A stretch of 63,684 nt of DNA from Lama guanicoe (taxonomy: Eukaryota): positions 5,220,903-5,284,586 of the forward strand of contig MU054220.1 of assembly GCA_013239625.1 (NCBI GenBank), written 5' to 3'. This document shows, one piece after another, positions 1 through 11,985 of the stretch; the first letter of the stretch is position 1; every line of letters starts with the position of its first letter. The translations under genes were made by a program, and so were the position numbers. A model generated the notes under the pieces. That model made no database searches, was not told where the DNA came from, and saw nothing but the letters and a program-made list of their open reading frames with translations.

Positions 1-1490
1 TAGACTGTTTGAGGGATATTCTGTTGGTGGTAAGGAACCCTTCTCCCCAACACTGGAGGGTGTTGGGCTCTTCTTAGAGCTCACTAGAGATTAGTACTGG
101 AGATCTATAAACTCCTAAGGCACACAGATTCTCCCTAAGCACGTGGATTCAACCTTACTAAAGAGGGCTCTGATTCTCTTCAGAAGAGTAGGACACTTCT
201 CCATGCTTCCCTGTCCTTAGCCACACCTCCCCCGCCCCCAACTTCACTGTCATTTATGTTTAAATTACTACCAGCTAGTGGAGCCAAAGATCCACAGATA
301 AGTCCTTGAAAGAATATTACGTTTTTTCTTCCCAAGCTAGGACAATTAACAAGAACTAACAAAGGGTCAAAGAGGGTTTTTGCACGTGAACATGCAGCTT
401 TTGGTTAACTCTGTAACTGTTTAATACAAAGTATATGCTATATCTGAAACATATGGTCTAATGTTATCTAACCATCTAACCTATCTGTTTTGGTCTTTAA
501 AAAAATAAACTTCAGTGGCAAAGCTGGGTTTCATCTGTAATTTCTTTTGAAGGCAGCTGGAAGTTGCTGAGGTAGGATATAATCTCCCTCCTTGGGGCAT
601 TTTTTGAATGACAGCTATTCAGGAGTAGTGTATGGTGTGGGCTTCCAGGAAGCAGTAGCGGTTTTGTCTTCTCTTTGTTCACAGGCTCCTCTCTTAAGAG
701 CAGTGACGGACACTTTGTTTGCTATGGAGGAGTAATTGTCCGTAGACATAGGTTTGTAGGGAAAACCTCAAACCTGTAATTTCTCACTGTTCTCAAAACC
801 TCATTTCAGCGGGAAGGTTGAGAGTCTCTCCATTTTTCCTTTTTCATGATTGAGTCGGGATGGCATAACACTCAGTAGGGGAGCAGACAATTCCTCTGGT
901 GTGTGTTCTAGTGTGGCCTAGCTTGGGGTCAGGGAGGATGGTTTGCAGAGCCCAGGAGCTGCCTTGCTGGGACACAGCTTGAACCCTGACACTTTAACTG
1001 ATTGATTGCCTGCTCACACACTGGTTAAGTGGTCTGGCTGTTTCTGTGCTGCTTGTGCATTTGTGAGACGTAACTGTTCTCCACCTGGAGATCACTATAT
1101 GCAACGGCAGGTCTTAATGAACTTGGATCCTGGTTTCTTGGGAGTGAGTTCTTGGCAGTCTCAATCTGGGGTTGGTGTCCCTTTTATGTGCCCCCAGATG
1201 ATCCTGTACTTTCCCAGTTACTCTATTTATTGTACTTAATGTCTGTTTTATAAGTTAAAATTTTATTCTTAAAAATTGAACTCATCCATTTAATTGATTT
1301 ATTAAACAACTTTTTGTAATCTGTGAGTACCATGTGCCAGGCACTGTGCAAAGGACTGAGGATTCAGTAGTGGTCAAAATATTCAAACAGAACAGAAGTA
1401 TGTGGGGTAACAGTGAAAGTTCTCTTTAAATCCTCCATCTCTCCCTCAAGTCTCACTCAGCTGAGGGAACCTACTTTTAATAATTTAGAG

Positions 1491-1665
1491 CAGGGTTTGG
1501 CAAACTGCCACTTGAGGCCCAAATCTGACCTGCCACCTGTTTTTGTAAATAAAGTTTTATTGGAACAGAACCATACTCATTTGTTTACATATGAAAACTC
1601 TGTGGTTGCTTTCACACTATAACCACAGAGTTGAGCCCTTTTCAAAAAAAGTTTGCTCACAGCCG
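1491..1665. mobile_element. MER58A-like hAT-Charlie MITE, internally deleted
   Basis: Starts CAGGGTTTGGCAAACT and contains the MER58 core 'cctgtttttgtaaataaagttttattggaac'. 8-bp TSD-like flanks atttagag (1483-1490) and atgtagag (1666-1673). Confidence 0.8.
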
Positions 1666-3477
1666 ATGTAGAGGATATTTTAAGAACTTTTAAAATTTAT
1701 TCTATATGCACATATATGTTGATGCTTCAGTTTGTGTATTTTTTCTTATTACATGTTACATGTGTTATTCTTTAATCTGCCTTTTTTTCTAATTTCTTGC
1801 ATAATTGACTCCCAAACAGAGAGAACAGAGAACCTGTTCACTGTTTCCAGTTCAGCCTTTGTCTTGGTCTCTGGCCCATAGGAGGTGCTCCAAGAATATT
1901 TACTGAATGATTGAATGAAAAATATACTGTATTTTTGATAAAGTTCCAAAGGTTTAAATGATTTACTTAAAAAGTAATTCAGCACATACTCAAGGTTATT
2001 CATATTATAATAACCTTCTTTCTTAGTTACATTGCATTGTTATTTCTTGCGTGAGAGAGAAAAAGGAACAGTATCCACTTGTCCTTGGAGAATTGTGCAA
2101 AGGTATAAGTCTTATAGGTGTGAGCCCCTTGTAAAATAGGTTGAAATGGAAGACAGATCGACAGCTGTCCATTCTCTGGAACAGGGCTTTCCATGTCAGC
2201 ACAGTAAGCTCTTTGCTGAAGCGTGAGTGAATACAGGCAGCCCTCTCCATTTGGTAATTTTATGTGTCATGGTTTGAGTACCTGGATTGTACTCGTCCAA
2301 TGCCCATGGCATTGCTACATGTAGGGACGCTGCTCGGAAGGTATGGCTTTTGTTAATATTTTGCGGCTTGCACTTTTGTGGAGGTTTTTTCCTCAGCTAG
2401 ACAGTGTGAATCACATATTTAGCCAATTCATAGGGATCTTTATTTCCACCAAAGGTGGGGAGTGTCTGCTTTCTTTTCAAGCTGAGCATTTTCTAGAGTT
2501 TTGACAAGTTTTTCTTGGATACTGAGGAAACAGTTTTATGTGACTTGACTTTATTCAGATGGCTTTCTTTTCTTTTTGTATCATCCCCTTCTCTTCATGT
2601 TTCAAACCTTCCTCATCTAAGTCTGGCAAAGCATGAGGTACAAGTAGAGCAGGTGTGCTGCCAGGTGAGGTGAGGTGAGGTGTGTGGGCACCTGGGCGCC
2701 TAGCTGCTGAAACCTTTCCTGGATTTCTGTGTGGGAGGAAAATGTGTGCATTTCCCACCATCTGGCCCAGGTTTGCTGTTGATCTTTGTCACTCCCAGGC
2801 ATTTATTGGGTTTGGGGGGCACAGAATGGGCCTCAGGAGGAAAAGGGTGGTTCCAGGTAGATTCTTCTTTAGCTGCTGGGACCTGGAGTGGGGTTGTGCC
2901 TGCCCGGTGAAGCCAGCTTCTTCCTCCCCCTCACTGGCCATCAGTGAATACTCTTGGCGGGCCATAGCACAAAATGAATGCTTATAGTTACCGGAGAGAG
3001 ACCCTTTTCAAATCATCTCAAGAAAAGCTGTTTGTTATGAGGATACTGCTGAACTAGAACCAAACTGGGAGGGTGGACAACACTAAGGCAGCTCTAGAGA
3101 TCAGCTACTTTTAATTCTCTCTCTCTCTGTTTGGCTTTTTCTGCTCGTCTGCATAGTTCTTTTTATATAGTTATTTTCCTCTGCCTTTCCATATCTTCAG
3201 CTTGGCATGCGTGTCATGCTTTCCTTACCAGCCTCTCTCAATTCCTGCTTTATAAAACTACTTTCTATCCCATACACTGAGGAGTACAATGTATTCTCAT
3301 TGGTAGCAGTGATCCTTACATACTGAAATCTCTGGGTGTCTCTGCAAATAGGTTGAGAAAACTTCTCACTTTGTTCTGATCAGTTCCCTTTAAGTAGAGC
3401 TTACCTCCCCAGTCGAGAATCATTACTTTCAATTTTGGCTATTTTAGCTTCTTTCACTGAAACTCATTATTTTTTCT

Positions 3478-4022
3478 CCTGTGTTTCTTAAACCTTCATG
3501 TGCATATCAGTTACCTGGAGATGTGAAGATGATGGTACGGATTCATTAACTCTAGGTTGGGGCAGAATATTCTCTGTTTCCGGTCAGTGTTCAGGTGATG
3601 CCAGTGCTGCAGGTTGATGGGCCGCACTTTGAGTAGCAGGGCTTTAGGGTCAGGGTGCTCAGACTTCGGTGTGTGTCAGAATCATACAGAGGGCTTTTTC
3701 AAATGCAGGTTGCTGGGTACCACCACCAGAGTACCTGATCCAGTAGGTCTGGAGTGGGGCCTGAGAACCTGTATTTCTAACAAGTTTCCAAGCGATGCTG
3801 ATGCTTCTGATTTGGAGCCCTCATGTAGAGAACCACTGCTCTCAGGGTGTAACAGTCACTTTTGACTTCATATCAGGATCAACAAGAGCACTTTGCAAAA
3901 TATGTATATCCATTTCCCCTTTGCCCTGGCCTAATTTAATTGGTCTGTGGTGGACCCTGGTACCTGAATGTTTAAAAAGGTCGCCAGGTGATTCTAATGT
4001 GTAGCTTGGCTGGAGAAAGCCT
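3478..4022. mobile_element. Three adjacent MER5-family hAT MITEs (about 3478-3640, 3651-3838, 3843-4022)
   Basis: MER5 hallmarks in each unit, e.g. 'gtaggtctggagtggggcctgagaacctgtatttctaacaag', 'caggtgatgccagtgctgc', 'caggtgattctaatgtgtagc', and ends such as gagaaccactg. Confidence 0.75.
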
Positions 4023-6271
4023 AAAGAATTTAATTGGCCACGTTGACCTTTTTCAGCAAGTGCATGAATTGATAGCTCTAGATTATGTTCTTGTCTGTAG
4101 GGTAAACAGCTGTCATCAGGAGAGATTCATATGGACTACGTATAACTTTTTAGGCTGAAAAAGCTGGGAGTGGGCTGGCTGTTATGAGAAGAAGCCACAG
4201 GAGGAAGGTGGCTGATGTTTATAGACCACTGAGAATAACAATACCTAATTCAAGGAATTGTTATTGAGGGTTCAGTGTAGCTGGTATAGGCTTAGTACAG
4301 AGTAGACATTTAAGCACTGATAATACTAGAAGCAGCTCTAATTATAGGAATTGTAGTGGTGGCTGTTCTTTACTTGTCTTGAGGTCCATGGGAAATACCG
4401 TGAAGGACACCACCTACATTTTTTATGGCATTGGTAGCAAAACAAATATCCCCACTGCCCGACAGTTCTGGTCTTCTCATTAGTTAACTGACTTGATCCT
4501 TTTACTGGGCTCTTGTGGCCACATCTCACTCATCTAAGCATCCTGGCCACCTCAGTGTCTCAGTCAGTGCCCAGCTCATGGTACTACCCTTCCTGTTAGA
4601 TGAAGGAATGAAAAGTACCAGGTACCAGGTAAAGTCATATGATGGAGTTATTGTGTGTGCAGCCCTAATGTGGGCTCGATCCCCACGTCAGTTTTCACAA
4701 GGAGGTCTTTGGGGATTTGCTTGCATCCCTGGAGCATTGCCCAAGGATGTTCCTGGTGGAACTGAGAAGGCCTTTATAAGCAACTTAATACAATCACCTC
4801 ATTTTACGCATAGGGATGCTGAGGCCTAGAGAATAAAGAAACAGTCATCTTTGGGTGTTGAATTATATTATTAATCATCCAATAACTCAATATTAAAACA
4901 GAACCAGCAGTATAGACTATAGGGAATAAAACCGTGAAAGATTTGCTTCCTTTTTCATTTATGGTTAGAGAGCTCTGCATGGCAGGATAATAGTAGTTTT
5001 CACACGTGCCAGGCATTGTGCTGAGCATTTTATATGCATTATTTTCTTTCATTATCACGGTAACCTTAGAAGTTGGTGCTTCATGAATAAATAAAGCCAA
5101 GAGAAGCTATGAATTCTCCAAGACCACATTGGTAGTAGGTGTCAAAGCCCAAAGCTGATTGCAGAGTTTATGTGCTTAACTAATGCACCTTTTCCTGTGC
5201 TTTGAATGAGACCACTTAGAACACACCCTGCAAAGAGGCTAGATGTGTGAACAGTGGGCAAAATCCTGCATTTAGATTCTGGTAGAGCCTGGCTTCTTCA
5301 TTGTACCTGGGTGGATGAGGATCATAAAATCCCAGCAGGACCAGGGCAAGGTGGGATCCGTGACTGCCTAGGTCAAAGAGTGAAAGGAATGGAGTCCTTG
5401 CACATGCATGGGAGGTCTTGGTGTTTTGCTCGGAAAGAGGTAGAACTGGAAAGAACTACTTGGTGAGTTATTGTAATTTTAGAGCTCATAAAATACTTCT
5501 GAACACTTTTCTCAGAGTCAGACTTGAAACATTTCTTGACTCCCATGTTCTGACTCATACCATGGGGCCAATAATATTTGTTGGAAGAAATAATATTTCT
5601 TGCAACTCAACTTCTTTGTCTTAATTTGTCTTAATTGATGTTACCCTAGGAACCTGAGGGGCATGAGTGAAGAGGGTCTGGTTGGCTGTTGCCTGATATA
5701 ATTTCAATTATTTATCAGAATCCCTGCCATTTCCTGTGGTCACTTAATAACAAACGAATTTGGTAACATCTGTCTTCATAATAGTGCAAATTACATTGGA
5801 ATGTTGCTGGTGGGGAAAAACCAGCTAGAGAGAGTCAGAAAGAATACAGTGAAAGGAGAAACTCTAAAAATATTCTAATAAAGGTAAGTAAACCAGTCCT
5901 TCCTCTTTGGATAAATTTGAGTGTTTAAATAGATTGCAGAGGACTTAGCCTTCAAATTGGACCTGGAGCCACACAAGCCGCACATTTATCCTGACTGTTT
6001 TTGATTCAGGAGGAGAGAGAGGAAAATAGAGGCATTCACTCCTTGCGGTGATTAGCTGGCTGCCAAGAGAATGTACAGAAAGGATTTCCAGCCCCAGAAG
6101 CCCTGGGAAGCTGCTTTCAATGGCTTTTATAGTCTCAGTGCTTGAGACTTTAATTTATTTGACATTTGGTTGTTGAAGATGATTTATTTTCCCAGGCTTG
6201 TTTTCATTATCTCAGGCACTTGAGAGGGGAAATTTAGAGAACAGGAAATGGGAAAAAAGTTCTTTAGGTCT

Positions 6272-6432
6272 TGGCTGCTCAAAGTGTGATTTTTGGACCA
6301 GAACACCACCTGGGAGTTTGTTGGAAATGTAGACTCTCAGATTCTGGCCCAGAATTACTGAATAAGAACCTGCATTTTAGCAAGATTCCCAGGGGATTGA
6401 TTGGTGTGCACATTACAGTTTGAGAAGCACTG
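6272..6432. mobile_element. MER5-family hAT MITE
   Basis: 'ctcaaagtgtg...cacctgggagtttgttggaaatgtagactctcag...ctgcattttagcaagattcccagggga...gtttgagaagcactg'. Confidence 0.75.
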
Positions 6433-7439
6433 CTCTCGAATATCTTCTGCGGGTCTTTGAGATGCTCGAGGGCCATAGGCTGTACTGGCCTTAGGTATGT
6501 TTGTTCAGGCCGGTGTAATTTCTTAACACCACACCTAGCACAGTGCCTGGCGTGTCTTTCTTCTCTTCATCATTGCCATATCATCAATTAACAGTACTGA
6601 TAACTGGGTTTACTGTGTGCCCAAGCACAGTTCTCAGTGCTTTACAAATACTATCTCATTTAACCTTCAGAACAGCTGTAAGGAAGAAAACTACTGTTAT
6701 CCCTATTTTATAGATAGGGATATGAAGACAAGAAATTGAACAATTTTTTTTTTGCATAATGGAATTAAAATTGAAGAGCGTAACTTAGAAGAGGCAGTGT
6801 GAGGGTAATGGAAATAGGTTGGTATTTGAGGTTAGATGGATACTAGTTTAATTTTTATGTATTCTGCGTGCTAGCAAGGTAATCTTGGAGATACTATTAC
6901 ATCCATTATAGGTTGTTGTGAGGGTAAAGGTGGCAATAACACCTAGACTGTCTAGCAGAATTCCTGGAATGTAGTAGGTACTCAATAGATGTCTTTCTTT
7001 GTTATTTCCTCTCTGTTCTTTCTCTTTCCTTCTTTTCCACTCCACTACCCTGTGGTACCCTCCTGCTAGCTAACTCTGGTCCGTCATCTAAGTCCTAAGC
7101 ATCTCTGCCTGGAAACCCCCAAGTGTATAGGACTGCGGTTTTCTAGTGCATGTATCTTCTTAAATATATAGCTTAGAATGGACTGAATGTGAGACCTTAC
7201 ATCAGTTGTCATTGATTAATAAGCATCTAAGATCAAGTGCTTAGGTTAGATGATTCCTGGGGCCCAGGTCTTTGCTATGAAAGGATTTAAAATTCTGATC
7301 TGAATTGAAAGCAAGTGCCTTCAAGTGAAATGTGTGGAAACATATATATAGAGTCAGTATCCTACCTGGAGTCTTGCTGAGTTAGAATCCATCTTCATTA
7401 ACTGCCATCTCCACGACCTTAGGCCATTCACAGGTGAAA

Positions 7440-7680
7440 CAGAGTACTGGTTAAGCACACAGACTGGAGCCGAATTGCCTGGATCTGAATCTTGGCTCTG
7501 GTGCTGACTAGCTGTGTGACACCGCAAAGCTGTCTAACTTTTCTGTGCCTCCGTATGCTCACTCTTAACGTGGGGATAATTAGGCCTACTTCATGGGTTA
7601 TTGTGAGGATTAAATGAGTTGATTCATGTAAAGCTTCTATAACAGGCCTGGCCCATATTAAGGGCTTTTGTAGGTGGTAT
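7440..7680 (+). mobile_element. MIR SINE
   Basis: MIR core 'ctagctgtgtgac...ttctgtgcctc...ggggataat...cttcatgggttattgtgaggattaaatgag'. Other MIRs lie near 4990-5190(-), 6570-6730(-), 6790-7000(+), 14940-15130(+), 26520-26680(+), 27010-27230(-) and 49280-49560(+). Confidence 0.8.
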
Positions 7681-9159
7681 TTTCCATCATACATACTACT
7701 CTGAGCCCCACTTTCCTCACCAATAATCTACCCTCCCTTAGGGCCAGAGGCTTAAATGTGGTAATATAATGGGTCTAGCACAGAACCAGGTGTGAGCAGG
7801 CACTTAGCTCATGTTTGCTCTCTTGCTGAACTAATGAGACATGCAAAGTATCCATCATTTTGAAGAGCTGGCTATGTATTTGGATATAAGTATGTGTCTA
7901 AGTTGGGGGTGTCTAACTGGAAATTTTTCCTAGGTACAATTTATGTTACTCATTGATATTATCAGATAAAATTTAAAACAAGAGAGATGATAGACTTCGT
8001 ATGAGCTAAAAGCTACATAAAATGATGATGATGATGGTGATAAAGAAACAGGCAGAGATGTTCCGAGAGTTCTCCTTGGAAAACTCACACCCCTCTTCAG
8101 GGGTGGTGACAAGGCAGATGTTGACTAAAATGTCATTTAGATAAGGAGATGCATCCATGGCAACTAATGAGACTGGAAACAGGCTGGGAAGACAACTGGC
8201 AGCGGGTCAGGTAACAAAGTGATGGGAATGGCATTCTTTAAATGCTCTCCTGCCAATCATCACCTTAACTCGGCAGTGAAACTGCCCTAGGTGAGAGGTG
8301 ATCAGAGTGGATCTATGCAGCTAATTTCTTCATGGTACTGGGATGTGTTATGACAACATCAGCTGTAACCTTGCAAGCCTTCTGAGAAGTGGGAAGGCGC
8401 AGCATGACATTTTTCTTATGGATTGGCAAGGTTGTTCTCCGGAAACATTGTGAGGGGGAACTTCTTGTCTCTCTCGCTGTTCAGCCCTCCGTGGTTGCGT
8501 GCCACGCTCTCTCTTTATTTTAGAGTCCTTCTTTTACCTGGTTATCAAGGTGAGGAGTTTCAATGATAATACAGCTTAAGACCTTATTTATTACCTTTGA
8601 GAGCATTTGCATTTTACAGTTTTTAAAGACTAAGAAATATGTAGCTGGCAGAGCACCATTTGAGGACCCCCAGTAGGAGCTGCCTCAACATTTGAAGGAG
8701 AAGCCTATGTTTGGTGCAGAAAGAAGAACCATTTTCCTCAAAGTACATTTTGTTTATCCTCTGAGCCTATTGTGGCTTCCAGCTTTGTCTTAACCCTGAG
8801 AAAAGCAGGCTTTGCTCCATGTTAACTGCTGTCTGTCCTTGCTCTCTTCCTCCAATAGCTCTTGACTTTTAATTTGGTTTCTCCTCTCTGCTCAGCTAAG
8901 CTTGCCAGTGGCTCACACAGTCTCCGTGTAGCTGCACAGTTGGGTCTGAAGACACAAAGGATTACCAAACTCAGCTTAAGTAACATGACCTTAACAAATG
9001 CCTGAAACTACATCTTGTCTCAGAATATCTCGATATGGCTACAAAGTCAGTTAAATATATTAGGTATTTGCCATTTTTAGTCAAATGCATATCTGTACCT
9101 TGGGTTTCTTCTTACATGCTTTGGGTGATCACATCTTAGACCTGGAGGTAACTTAGACC

Positions 9160-9357
9160 AGTGACTCCCAAACCTGATCCCTTGGGAACTTTAAAAAGTT
9201 GATTCCTGCACCCTACCTCAGCCCCATTAAATCACACTCTTTCGTGGTTGAAGCCCAGGAATCTGCATTAGAAGGAATAACAATTATAAAAACTGCCTGT
9301 GGTACTTCTGCTACAGCCAATTGGCTTCTAGTCCAAGGACCAACACTTGGGAACCAG
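9160..9357. mobile_element. MER5-family hAT MITE
   Basis: 'cagtgactcccaaacct...gcccaggaatctgcatt...ggaccaacacttgggaaccag'. Confidence 0.6.
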
Positions 9358-11202
9358 TTCAACACTTTTTAATTTATGAATGTTGACACTTAGGCCCAAG
9401 AATCTTGGCCAGTCACAGAGCAAGGCTGTAAGCAAATTGCCTTCATGACTGGTTTTATGATTATCTTTAGCCTTTCCTTCATAGTGACCACTTAGGAAGT
9501 GTTGACAGGCTGGCTATGTTTTAAGTGAGGATGTGCCAACATATTTCTTCTTAACCAGCTGAGTAGCAGCTTTGCCTGCAGTTGGTACTCACAAGCCTCA
9601 TTCTGTTGTATCAGTAATGGCTTTCTGTTTTACAGTGCCCCACTGGGCCTACTTTTTATTTAAAGGGCTTTCTATTATGGTTAAAGAATACTCCATTGTT
9701 GCTTAATTTCCAAATCAAGTGTGCATAAATAATTTATTGACACAATGTTGCGCTCAGACAATTTTTTGAAATTGTCCCATGTAACTCTATTAAGTGCAGA
9801 ACCTGGAATGCTAATTTGTCTGACTGGAAATGGGAAAAAATACCTATGTATTATTAAACCATTCAGGTGGTAAACAGCATTGCCTCCCACCCCACCAAAA
9901 GTCCTAATCACTGTTTTTAGTCATCAGATTTAAATTGTAAATGAAACAGAGTCATGCATAGGAAAGCACATGCCATGTTTTGTTAACATAATCAGAAAAA
10001 TGGAGTTACTACAAACCTTTTCCCCATCTGCCATTCATTGTATTAAATGCTTCTGCAATTGTATTAAAATTCTCTGTCTCTGCAGATGCCAGTCAGCTGT
10101 GAAATTGAAATTGCAAACAGAAATATTACATTTTCATCCAGAGTGGAAACTGAGAAAGTCCATTTTTTTGACAGGCAAAGAAATAGCATGACCTTGTCAA
10201 CTGGGTTTGTAGGCACTTTTGGGACCCCTATCTTGAAAGAGAAAGGAAGGTGACTCAGCATTTCCATCGGCTTTCTCTGGCAATCTGATCAACAAGTTTT
10301 CTCCATGGTTTGCAGATGGAGAGCTTTTGAGCTTTTCCGAATGCAATCCATTTTTCTTTTTCTCTCCTCCTCTGAGTGAATTGAGGTTATGCTGGAGAGG
10401 CTTTAGTACTTGGGAGGTGCAGAAATTTCAACAAGATGCTAGCTCTAACATGTGAAAGTTTTCTAGCGAGTAGAGAGAATTACTGACGCTGATGAATAGT
10501 TGCTAGGCTGTTGTAACCTGTTGGGCTTGAAGTGGAGGGCAAGAATGATGGCTGGATTGTCTTTGCTTGAAACACTTTTTCCTCTCTTCTTTTCACAGAT
10601 AATTCCTGATTATTCTTTTGGCCTTGCCTAAATGTCAGTGTCTCTTGGAAAATTTCCTGCATCAACCTAATCCACTCCCTCAAGACCAAGTTATTTGTAC
10701 CTGTTTTTAGTTACTATTACTGTTGCTACTATTTCCCACCTACTGGTTTTAATGCCTACCTTCCTTCATAGATTATAGACTTTCTGAGGGGCAGAGACCC
10801 TATTTATGTTGCTCATTATTGTATTTCCAGGCTCAGGATGGTATAGGTGCATTAGAGATCAGTGGGTCAATATTTGTTAAAAGAATGTTTAAATTCTTTT
10901 GATGATTAAAAAGGGGTTGCCTCCAGAAACATCTTAGGTGACAGGTCCTGGGAGATTAGGAAGACTGTAAGGAAATATAGGGTGGAATTCCATAGAATGG
11001 AATATAGAACAGAAACCAGAGAAATTACAGTAGCTACATAATGGGAAGCCTCCAAAATAGCAGTTATAAACTTTCAGAGGTTTTGAGGTGGTGGAGAAAA
11101 GTGGAGGTGGATCTTTTATCTTTCATTTCAACTGTAAGTATTTTGTGGTTTGGAAGGAAATGATAAAGGGATATTTACTCACATAGGTATGTTGTAGTAC
11201 CC

Positions 11203-11680
11203 TGTCGACTGAAATAAATGTGCAGCCTAAAAGTTGAGAGTTATGTTTTATTTGGCAGGAGGACGCGAGCCGGGATGACAGCCTCTCAGATCGCTCTGAG
11301 GGACTGCTCCGAAGAGGTAGGGGAGGAGCTAGGATAGATAGGAGCTTTACAACAAAGATCAGGTAGTTGGAGCATTAAAAGATTATTGTTAACTAAAGAA
11401 AACCAGGCATCTCAAGTTAAAGAATTTAGTGCTTTTCTATGTACAGGAGGAAGTAAACATTTGGGCTCATTGAATTCATTCCTTTGACAAGCACCTCGCT
11501 ATCTAGGGCCAATATCCTGTCCTTTCTTATTCTGAGTCCCCTCAGGGTGCACCATTGTGAGTGGCTGCAGAGGCTGGGCTGCAGGCTTGTCTTCACTGGG
11601 GGGTGGCGGCAGCCGCTGATGACTTGATGCTTTCAGCATTCTTTGTTTACTGATATGGTTTACAATATTTTTTGTTCACA
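11203..11680 (-). mobile_element. ERV1-class solo LTR (MER41-like 3' end)
   Basis: TG...CA termini with a perfect 4-bp TSD ACCC (11199-11202 and 11681-11684). Minus-strand AATAAA at 11247-11252, close to the LTR 3' end. Several CpGs are retained. Confidence 0.85.
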
Positions 11681-11739
11681 ACCCTGAATATAACTTGAGT
11701 TAAAGAGACATGGCCTAGCACTTTCTGTGCTCAGCATGG

Positions 11740-11985
11740 AGCCCTGCTCAGTCTATTCACTATGTATTTGTTCTGCCATATGCCAGGCCCTGTGTTTAGT
11801 GCCTCTGGAACATTATCTCATTTAATTCTCAAAACAATACTATGACTATAGGTAAGGTTTTTATTCTCCTTCTACAAATATGGAAACTGAGGCACAGAGA
11901 GACTGTCTGACTTGCCCAAGGTCACCTAGCTAATTAGTGATGAAGCTGCAGTTTGAGTCTATGACTGTTAGATTCCAAAGCTCAG
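11740..11985 (-). mobile_element. MIR SINE
   Basis: 'tgccaggccctgtg...tctcatttaattctcaaaacaa...ggaaactgaggcacagaga...cttgcccaaggtcac'. Confidence 0.85.

Noticed and set aside
685..780. Strong acceptor (ttctctttgttcacag) as the start of a coding exon
   Set aside because: No good donor at a suitable distance and no recognisable peptide in any frame.
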